NCBI GenBank assembly: GCA_951406725.2
Contig: OX597821.1
Coordinates: forward strand, 110,360,001 to 110,424,000
DNA: 64,000 nucleotides
From: Octopus vulgaris
Lineage: Eukaryota
Direction of reading: 5' to 3'
Part shown: positions 52,823 to 64,000 of the stretch, one piece after another
Numbering within the stretch: the stretch's first letter is position 1
Layout: every line of letters begins with the position of its first letter
The notes under the pieces: generated by a model
Seen by the model: the letters and a program-made list of their open reading frames with translations, nothing else
The model's database searches: none
Told to the model about the DNA's origin: nothing
Translations under genes and position numbers: made by a program

Positions 52823-53747
52823 TATTGTTTTGAGCTGAGTGGGGGTGCTAGATTCCCTTGTTCGAAAATATAAGGACACAGATCGTGCCGTATAGCCAGC
52901 TGGAGACGATGTCTCCAGGAGCTAAATTACAGCAACTTTCGTCCTAAACCAGGACTGCCATATTATGTTGACAAACAATCTTTACTCCAATAAAACAATG
53001 TTTCTGGAATCGGCCATTATTTTTGAAACAACCTAATACTTTTCTGCAACACACCAGCGATCTCGCTATCTTGTGGCAACTGTAAATAGATACCCATATT
53101 TTTCTGCTCGTGGACAAGTGAAACGCTATTCTATTTCGGATGAAAATCAAATAAGCGTTGAAATTGCTCAAATTGATTATTATATTTATTTATATATTTA
53201 TTTTGCGTATCGGCGTAGGCAAATAAAAAGACATACATATACAATTACACGAGCTCTGCTGAGCATTGATGTGTTACGAAAAGAAAAGGTTTGTATTGCC
53301 TGAAACTAAAGATACAAAAGAGAATGAATGCTTTCGTGGCGTCATTACTTAATATATTTGTAGAAACCGCTAGAAATGCATTAGTTATGCAAATCGAACC
53401 AATCGATTGAACAAATATACTACTCTTTATAATAATGTACTCTATCTTATGATTCTTTATGGAAACGGATCGAATGGTACTCTATCTCCATGGGAATCTG
53501 ACGACATTTGAAACTGCTCAGATATTTCCAATTTTGTCAACCAAATGAAGGAAAAAGATTTTGGCTAACAATTTCAACGATACTGCGATTGCTCCAATAT
53601 ACTTCTACATACGCATGCATAAACGCACACATATGCACATGCATACACACGCACACCCAAATGCTATCTCTCTCTTTCTCTCTACCTCTCTTTCTCTTTC
53701 TCTCTTCTCTGTATAAAATATATATATTTGTATCTATACTCACACAC

Positions 53748-53813
<66 letters not shown>

Positions 53814-53949
53814 CATATATACATACGTATAATATACACATATATATATATATACATATATATATAACTGTGTATCACTCTAAATGTATATACACACTTG
53901 AAAGGTATTATTATGCTATGAGGTATTTATCTTTCCGTCTATCTATCTG

Positions 53950-54023
<74 letters not shown>

Positions 54024-54276
54024 CATCTATCTAGTTATCTATATACCTCTTGTATCTACTTATTTAATTCTCACTCTCGCTCTCTCACGCACTCCACCTT
54101 TCTCACGCACTCTCTTTCTACATATATATATATGTGTGTAAGTGTGTGTGTGCGTGTGTGTGTGTGTGTGTGTGTACACACATACATATATACTTACATG
54201 CATACACTCAAAGAAGGAAAGAGAGTAAGAAAGAATGAGACAGAAAGCATAGATAGATAAATATATATATAGATAG

Positions 54277-54350
<74 letters not shown>

Positions 54351-54762
54351 GATAGATAGAGAGAGAGAGAGAGAGAGAAGAGAGAGAAGAGAGACAGACA
54401 CAGACAGACAGACAGACAGACAGATAAGATAGGTAAGTTGCTTGATATGTAAGTTGATAAAGTAGAGAAATAGGCAGATAGAATGATGGGGATGAAGCTG
54501 AATAAACAGACTTATGAAGATAAAGAAATCTGCAGAAAAATGAAGCAACTAGTTAAGCTAAAGAGAATGAGAATGAAATAACAATGGGAGAGGAAAGAGA
54601 CAGAACTAAAGAGAAAGTGGCAGATATTAACGTATATCAACGTGTTCTGTATATTGTAGAACATGTCGCTTGGAAAAAAAATTTAATGAAATCACCTGCT
54701 GTTAATTGGATTGAATTGGTCGTGTCACGAATAATATATATATATATATACACACACCTACA

Positions 54763-54817
<55 letters not shown>

Positions 54818-54943
54818 TGCATTAATATATTGTGTTATGATACGTTCTGTTAATATTTGTGTTTATATATATTTATCTTAGAATATTATGCAATAGATAT
54901 GCATACAAATATATATATATATGTCTGTATGTATGTATATATG

Positions 54944-54991
<48 letters not shown>

Positions 54992-55008
54992 CTCTCTATC
55001 TATCTATC

Positions 55009-55040
<32 letters not shown>

Positions 55041-55172
55041 CATATATATATTTATATATATATACACACACACAAATATATTTATATATATTATATATAT
55101 GTGTGCTTGAATGACTGTATATGACAGAGTACACACACACACACACGCACACACACACACACATACATACAT

Positions 55173-55241
<69 letters not shown>

Positions 55242-55715
55242 CAAATATACACACACCCACACTAAACATATTGTTACTGTAGCATACCTGAAAACTAATA
55301 ACTGACATAAAAAAAAATATTCATCACACACATAACACACACTAGCGCGCACACGCATACAGTGTTAATATTGATATAATATAATGTAATATTATATATT
55401 AATATATTTTGTACATAATATTCGTGACAGGAACAATCAACTACAACAGTCAGCTTGGTGAATTTATTAATATTTAACATTTAATGACATGTTCCCTTTC
55501 ATTCTCATTTTCTCTCTCTCTCTCTTTCTCTCTCTCTCTCAGTTTCTCCTTTTATTCCTGTATTTAAGTTTCTATCTATCGATTGATCTGTCTGTCTCAC
55601 TGTCTGTTTGTCTGCCTATGTATCTATCTATCCATTTATCCATCTATCTTTTTCTTTGTCTATTTATCTATGTGTGTATATATATATATGTGTGTGTGTA
55701 TATATATATATATAA

Positions 55716-56175
<460 letters not shown>

Positions 56176-56301
56176 ATTAATTCAAACCGGTTTTCTTCAT
56201 AATGTGACTTTGTAAACGAAATTTTTTTATATATATATATGTATATATATGTATTACATATATATACATATATGTATATATATGTATATACATATATATA
56301 C

Positions 56302-56355
<54 letters not shown>

Positions 56356-56749
56356 AGCTGAACACGAAAAGTGGACAGTCAACATGCTAGATATATATAT
56401 GTTCTCAGATCAAACTCAATGATCTGAGAACATAATCTTTTGTGGATGACGATTTGATCTATATCTATGCTGATGTCCACTTTTCGTGTTCATATATATA
56501 TAAATATTTTAATCTTCGGATTCTTTTAATATGCTAGACCACTGGTCTTAATTGATAAATATCAATTTCTACCCTTAATTAATTTTATATATATATATAT
56601 ATTCATATATATATATATATGTGTGTGTGTCTTAGTTGTAGTGTTTCTTGCTGTCTGTGAATGTATCAAAGATCCTGGCACTGAATACGGAGCCATGCGA
56701 TTAGGAAGCAAACTTCTTACCACACAGCCAATGCCTATTTGTAGAGGAT

Positions 56750-56782
<33 letters not shown>

Positions 56783-56834
56783 TTAGGTAGATAGCCAGAC
56801 AGACAGACAGACAGACAGATAGATAGAGAGATAA

Positions 56835-59426
56835 GTTTCTTTATTGGCCACACAGGGCTGCACACAGATGGGACGAGTTACAAGGTAGAGCTTTTCTTTT
56901 GGGGGATGAAAAAAACAAAAAACAAAAGAAACAAAAAAAAAGGGGTGGCGTAGGTTTTCGATCAAGAGGGATCGTAAAAGGGAAGAAAAGAACAAAATAA
57001 ATAAATAAATAAATAAAATAAAAATAAAAAAAATTAAAAAGAAAAAAAAAGAAAAAAGGAAAAGGAACAAAAGAAAAGAGAAATAAAAAAAGAAGAAAAA
57101 AGGGGAAGAGGAAAAAAAAAACGATCAATAGGGATCGTGTATCACAGTGTTATGATATATGGTGTAAAGGGGAAAGCAAGTAAGGTTTATCCGTGGGAAG
57201 AAAAGCCTACGAAAAAGACCACGGTAACCTTGGTCAATATTGTTATATGTTACCACATTTGTTTGCAAGTGGGTAACCCTCTGTTTTCAATTTCTGGGTT
57301 CATAGGATTATGCTCAAGGTGGCTTCGTCATTCATACGTGCCATCCTTGCTACATTCACCCATCTTTTTTTAAAACATTCGTTAGACAAAACTTGCCTCT
57401 CTACTCTCACTTTCCTTTTCAAGTGGTACTTGAAGAAGTTGATGAGAGATTGACCAGAGAGGAAAGTGTTTGTCTCCAATCCTTTCAGACGCGTCCACCA
57501 GATACATTCTTTCGCCATAGCCACAAGGATGATGAAAATAGCTCTTCCTTCACGTTTGAAGGAAGGAGGCGTGACAATATTGACGATAGACTCAGCTGAT
57601 AAACCGACTCGTCCCACACGTGACAGCAGTTGTTCGACATAAGCCCACAGGTCGGAAATTGTTGGACACTGCACGAGTGCGTGCAGAACGGTTTCGTCGC
57701 TCTGACCGCATCTCGGGCAGGTCGGCCGCGTGTTTCTCGAGCCGTGTCTGTAGAGCTTATCCCGAACGGGTAGCGCTTCTCGGTAGCACTGCCAGGCCAG
57801 GGATCTCTGGAAGCTGTCCATGGGCCCTGGCCCGAAAGTCGTCCCGAATAGGCGGGTCAGGTACTCCTCGTCGACGTCCAGGTTCACCCCGAGCTCGTCG
57901 TCGTACCTCCCCTCCACTAATCCCCTATGGAATGCTTTGGTTGTGATGAAGTCACTCAAGGTCGACCCATTCGCCCTTCCTCGGCCTCTTTTTGATCTAC
58001 GACTGCAGTTCGGTCATGGAGACGAGCTGCGGGAAAGCGTGCCTCACAAACGGCGACCACACCTGTTAACCGTCGTCTACGAAGAGCCTGAGGTGTCGCA
58101 GTCTCAGCGCGTGTCTGCGCATCATCAACCACGGCATGCCCAGTCCTCCTTTTAACGGGTGTTGACAGCAAATGGATCGCCTGACCATCGGGACGCATCC
58201 TTTCCACAAGAAGCGAAAGAGAATGCGTTGTAGTTTGGTGATGGTAGGGTCGGGACAAGGCACGACGGTCAGGCGGTAGTAGATGACGGACGCGATGTAC
58301 GTGTTCGCCACCTCCGCCCGACATTTTAGGGACAGTTTCCTCTCGGCCCATTGTCGGGCGAGAGTGACCACCCTACTCGTTATCTCGTTCCAGTTCTTCT
58401 CCATTTGGAGGTCCGGACCGAACCAGACCCCGAGCAACTCGACCGGACCGTCGGTCCAGCGTCCCACAACGGAGGCGCTGGTGGACGGCATGGGCTTGCT
58501 TCTCCATGTGCCTAGTCGCAAGCCCACTGACTTTTCCCGGTTGATTTTCGCTTCTGTCACCGCTTCGTAGTTTTTCAGTGTCTCGCCGATCTGCTCGATG
58601 TGATCGTGGCTAGACACTATGACGGTGACGTCGTCCGCGTATGCAGACACGCTCGTCCCGCATCCCAGTTCTCGCGGGATGCCCCTCAGAGTGTCCAGCT
58701 TCCGCAATAGTGGCTCGAGAGTCAATACGTATAGAAGCGACGAGAGGGGGTATCCCTGACGGACCGAACGTGCGATGTCGAAAGGTTTCGATAGATGTCC
58801 ATTTACGCGAATTACCGAACGGATGCCTCTGTACAAAGCGGCTATCCAGCCGCGGAAGACGGGACCGAAGCCAGCCGCTCTGAGGACTGCCTCCAAGTAT
58901 CGATGGTCTACCCTATCGAAAGCTTTCGATTGATCCAAATTGATCAGCGCCCCACCCATGCCAGGTTCGTTAACTACCCTGTCTATGATGTAGCGCGTCA
59001 GGTGGAGGTTGTCATGGATGGTCCAGCCCGGCACGGCGCACGTTTGCGCCTTGTCGACCAGTGTCTCGATGACAAGCGCCAACCTCTTGGCTAACACCTT
59101 GGCCAAAATTTTCAAGTCTGCATTAAGCAGAGTGATGGGCCTTGTTTAGATCTTTCTTCAGCAGTGTTACGGCTCCTCGGCTCACAAAACCAGGAATGCT
59201 CCCGTTTTGCTGCCAGTTGCAGTACACCGCCGCCAAGACGTCTCCAAACAAGTCTGGCATACAACTGTAAAGCTCGTAGGGTAGACAATCCAAACCCGGC
59301 GATTTGTCCCTCGAGCATTCTGCCATTGCGTCGTGCACTTCCGCCGCCGTGATGGCACCTTCGCAGCACCCTGCCTCTCTTGTCGAGAGTCGTGGTAGGC
59401 TGTGTAGGTAGGCACTGAAGTCCACC
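56835..59426 (-). mobile_element. L1/Tx1-like LINE, 5'-truncated, in (GATA/GACA)n
   Basis: ORF2 pieces KSPGLD, RT (LDQSKAFDRV, SVRQGYPLS, AYADD) and zf-RVT; 3' UTR ends aataaagaaac. Confidence 0.93.
57300..59425 (-). pseudogene. L1/Tx1 ORF2 (RT + zf-RVT), broken into 59123-59425, 58066-59115 and 57300-57959
   Basis: Collinear ORF2 motifs split by frameshifts/deletions. Confidence 0.88.
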
Positions 59427-59519
59427 TAGATAGATAGATAGATAGATAGACAGGCAAACAGACAGACAGACGGGCAGACAGACAGATAGATAGATAGGTA
59501 GATATATAGACAAGCAGGC

Positions 59520-59563
<44 letters not shown>

Positions 59564-59629
59564 GGACAGATAAATAGATAGATAGATAGATAGCCAGACA
59601 GACAGGCAGATAGACAGACAGATAGATAT

Positions 59630-59700
59630 GTTTCTTTATTAGCCACACAGGGCTGCACACAGATAGAACAAATTACAAGGTAGAGCTTTTCTTTTGAAGG
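59630..59700 (-). mobile_element. Very short 3' stub of the same Tx1-like LINE
   Basis: gtttctttattagccacacagggctgcacacagat..., flanked by GATA arrays. Confidence 0.8.
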
Positions 59701-59723
59701 TAAAAAAAAAATTTTTTTTTTAA

Positions 59724-59772
<49 letters not shown>

Positions 59773-60056
59773 CAGATAGATAGATAGATAGATTGAGTGA
59801 CTGATTGATGGAAATTGATGTTAAGCCATATTTGTAAGTAAAGAATACACAACTAAGAAACGCTTATGATTCCCTTTATTATCGAATGACATGATTAACG
59901 GCTCACACATGCACACACAAACACATATGCATACATATATACACACACACACGCATATGTATTTATACATACACACACACATATGCATGCATGCATACAT
60001 ACATACACGCACACACATAGATATATATCTGCATCTATTTATTCATATATATATAA

Positions 60057-60139
<83 letters not shown>

Positions 60140-60237
60140 GGTCCCGGGTTGAGTCGGGGTTAACCACAGTGAATAAGGTACTCAATACATAGCAGAGTAA
60201 AGTAATTTATTTTATAGAAGCTCCTTCCATAAAATAA

Positions 60238-60273
<36 letters not shown>

Positions 60274-60821
60274 CACACACACCCCACACATACATACATA
60301 CATACATACATACATACATACATACATACATACACACATACACACACACACACACATACAAGCATGGGTTTCTTATGGAGTGATTTGATATACAAAATGC
60401 AGAAAGACGGAGAACGAACAACAGAGCGAACCGTCAATAATATATAACGAATAATAGCGTTTGTTCTCTTAGCTTTTTTAAACTGACAATACAATAAACT
60501 GTAATAAATATTGGCCTGGCTACCGCAGCCAGAACAATGAAACACCTACCAATATATTTTCTATTAACTTCCACTCGCTACAAACACTGCGAAATTCTCT
60601 TTCTCCTCCACCTACGTCTCTTTCTTTTGTTGCGGCTTATTCCCGTCATCAACAGCTTTATCATCATATTAATCATCGTATTCATCATCGCATTCATCAT
60701 CGTCTTTAGCGGTTGGAATACAACATCCATCTTTGCAAAAATTAGGTTATGAAACGTGGGCTCAAATAACACCTTAATAACATGTGCTGTAATAAATTAG
60801 CAGTCTTCTCTCCATCGAGAA

Positions 60822-60865
<44 letters not shown>

Positions 60866-61045
60866 TGTGTGTGTGTCTGTGTCTGTGTGTGTGTGTGTGT
60901 GTGTGTGCGAAGGAAATATATGCCTGTGTATTTATGTATATACGCACACACAGTTATAATATACACAATTATATTTTACACACATAGTCATACATATATG
61001 CGTATACATACATGCACAGACACATATATATGAATATGTATATAT

Positions 61046-61109
<64 letters not shown>

Positions 61110-61180
61110 GTTGTTCTGATTAAATCTATATATGTATGCGTATGTATGTATACATATAGGTGCGTGTGTGTGTGCATGTA

Positions 61181-61227
<47 letters not shown>

Positions 61228-61754
61228 CATATATATATATACCAAAATTCTTATATGCGTATATATATATATATATATACATAGATATATAAATATATAC
61301 GTGAGTGTGTGTGTGTGTACGTGTGTGCATATATTCTTTTGTAGGTCCTTTCCAGTCGTTTTCCTACGTTTCTCATTCAATTTGATAATCGGGTCATTCA
61401 AAGTAGCAAAGAAAAATTAGCGCCATGAAGTTTCTCATTCAAATTCATTTTTCGATCATTCAGTTTCGCGCACTTCGGTCAAAGACCTTATCGTTTACAT
61501 CATTCAAATTAAAATTCTCGCCCAGAGCATTGAAATTAGTCGGAATGCGAGGAAGCGTCTTTACGAGCATTCAAATTCGTTTCGGAGCAATCTATGTAAC
61601 ACTTCGAACAATCAAATTAGCACGACAGCTATTTTGGTTTTATCTCATTGTTATAATCATGTGTTTTCATCCATTGTTTACGCATTAAACATTCTATCCT
61701 GCTCATGTCTTTTCTATGAATTCTTTTATTTTTGCATAGGTACTCTCTCTCTCT

Positions 61755-62116
61755 CTCTCTCTTTTACTCTTTTACTTGTTTCAGTCATTTGACTGCGGCC
61801 ATTCTGGAGCACCGCCTTTAGTCGAGCAAATCGACCCCAGGACTTATTCTTTGTAAGCCTAGTACTTATTCTATCGGTTTCTTTTGCCGAACCGCTAAGT
61901 GACGGCGACGTAAACACACCAGCATCGGTTGTCAAGCAATGCTAGGGGGACAAACACAGACACACAAACACACACATATATATATATACACATATATATG
62001 ACAGGCTTCGTTCAGTTTCCATCTACCAAATCCACTCACAAGGCATTGGTGGGACTGAAGCCGGAACCATGTGGCTGGTTAGCAAACTACTTACCACACA
62101 GCCACTCCTGCGCCTA
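61755..62116 (-). mobile_element. SINE family B
   Basis: Tail cttttactcttttacttgtttcagtc through head cagccactcctgcgccta. Confidence 0.88.
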
Positions 62117-62399
62117 TGTATTTATTGTTAAAGACTTCATGAAATCGCATTCCAGCCTTTTCGATCTTTTTAAAGAAACAATTACAGCACATTCTCATTT
62201 TCTTTGATTCTGTATACGTTATGTTGTGATATGTGTTCTTTCTTTGCCTAACATGTCTAGTTGGGAAAAAAATTTATATTTCTTTGATTTTGCATTTTGT
62301 CTTTCATTGGAGAAAGGGTGCTATGTACACTCAGATAATTATTGATTTACAATCTTGATAAGGAGAGTTCGTTTGAGAGGATTCAGCCGTGTATTTCCT

Positions 62400-63040
62400 G
62401 GTGGTCGAGGCATCTCGGGAGGTAGATCTAGGTGTATCTATACCAACGAACACAAAAGCTCTTCGAAAGAGTTTCGTGTAACGGTATCATTCGCAATGGA
62501 GTGGTGAACTACGCCGATTTCTCCCGACACCGCGAATATGACGTTGCAGTTTTTCCAACGCTGACGCTCAACAACTCGGCGAACAGGAACGCCTCGTGGG
62601 GTCCGCCCAAAAGACCGCCTGATCCAAATGTTGTATCCCCATTCATCAATGAATACGCAATGGCCAGCAACCCCGTCTTTCATGATCTAATGCATGTACT
62701 CAACGCTTTTCCAGAGTTCCTGGGGAATTTCTTGCATCCGGCACGTCTTCGGCCAACTTCATAGTTATCAACATCCCATCTAGAGCCCGCGAGATTGCAG
62801 ACACGAAAACTGGCGGCTTTCCGGGCAATGCTGCCTTTAAGCCCCTCTTCATTTATTAAAGGGTTGCGAGTGGGTTGGCATCAATAATCACCTGAAACCT
62901 GACTCGCATTCTCTCATCAACCTTAACATGGTGGGCACCACCTGAGAGCAACTGATGGCACCTTCCCAAACCGTAGGTAGGTCGCTACTACGGATCGGGC
63001 AGTACTCCTTTTAATGCCAAGTATGTCTGCCAGTTTCAGG
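62400..63040 (-). pseudogene. Tc1/IS630-like DDE transposase remnant
   Basis: LKLADILGIKRSTARSVV (HTH) at ~63040-62980; CVFIDEWGYNIWIRRSFGRTPRG...NVIFAVS (first catalytic D) in ORF 62438-62683. Confidence 0.7.
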
Positions 63041-63074
63041 TAAACAGTAGTGTTCTGTATTAAGTTGTGTGTTC

Positions 63075-63318
63075 ATATTTAGTTGGGGAAGATATTTATT
63101 GATGAAAATTGCCACTTTATTCAATCTTTGTTGCATTGAGGTGTTCTGTGAACATTGATAGAAGGGGAAGATTTGGAAATTAGGATTAAGTTTCCTAGCA
63201 CACCTTTCTATGTGTTCACTAAGCTGTAATAATCTGTATTGTGGGTGGCGGATTTTTTCTTTGTGGATGGTGGTTCTTCGACGGAGTGATATTCCTGTTT
63301 GTCCAACTTAATACAGAA
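63075..63318 (-). pseudogene. GIY-YIG C-terminus of another PLE
   Basis: VGQTGISLRRRTTIHKEKIRHPQYRLLQLSEHIERC...FQIFPFYQ...FINKYLPQLN aligns by eye to the end of ORF 10931-12406. Confidence 0.75.
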
Positions 63319-63679
63319 CGCTACTAACCCTTTAATTAACACCACTAACCCCTATAAATTCCTTACACCATTCACAGTACAATTCTATATCTAACCTAAA
63401 TGCAAAAAATCCAGAACTACTTACATCCCTTACAAATAAGCTTTTTACTCAGAAACTATTAGACCTGACACCGTTCATTAGCCGGTGTTCATTCAAAGCA
63501 TGATAATGACTTTTATGACTTTTATTACTACCTCAGTCCATCTAAATGTATATATCTGTTGTTACCTTTCATAAAACGCCTTTCCATTTTTTATTTACAA
63601 TGTGCATTTTCGTTGATTTTTCTTATTTTCCCGTTACATTTCCACGTGTATTTTCTATTTTCTATTTGTAACATATTTC

Positions 63680-63737
<58 letters not shown>

Positions 63738-63879
63738 GTGTGCATATATATGTATGTGTGTGTGAGTGTGAGTAATTGTGCGTGGAGGAAATATATTCGT
63801 GTGTATATATATCTGTATGTGTATACACGTCCTCTCGTTGTTGTGTTTTCTCTTTATGTTTTTATGTTTGGATTAACTT

Positions 63880-63977
<98 letters not shown>

Positions 63978-64000
63978 TATTGATGTGTGTGGTTTGTACA

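Overview
AT-rich, microsatellite-saturated eukaryotic DNA with no confidently recognisable host gene. The SINE families and repeat landscape suggest an octopus/coleoid cephalopod (inference). The main feature is a young 1.8-unit head-to-tail tandem (5393-13080, unit 4272 bp) of a Penelope-like retroelement (RT + C-terminal GIY-YIG), inserted in (AT)n. Both copies carry the same single in-frame TAA, and each 3' UTR holds a CCAAT/TATA promoter and a minimal hammerhead ribozyme (HHR) motif. Other orphan hammerhead motifs occur, one at the tip of a ~140-nt rod-like hairpin. The window also has an L1/Tx1-like LINE found only inside (GATA)n, an RLE-type LINE found only inside (TACA)n-rich arrays, two decayed mariners, a Tc1/IS630-like transposase remnant and a MITE. 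Many tRNA-derived SINEs are present, including a tRNA-Leu(TAA)-SINE chimera bounded by one target-site duplication (TSD). One candidate host exon lies at 26616-26851. Most listed ORFs are microsatellite translation artefacts. All structures and alignments were read by eye.
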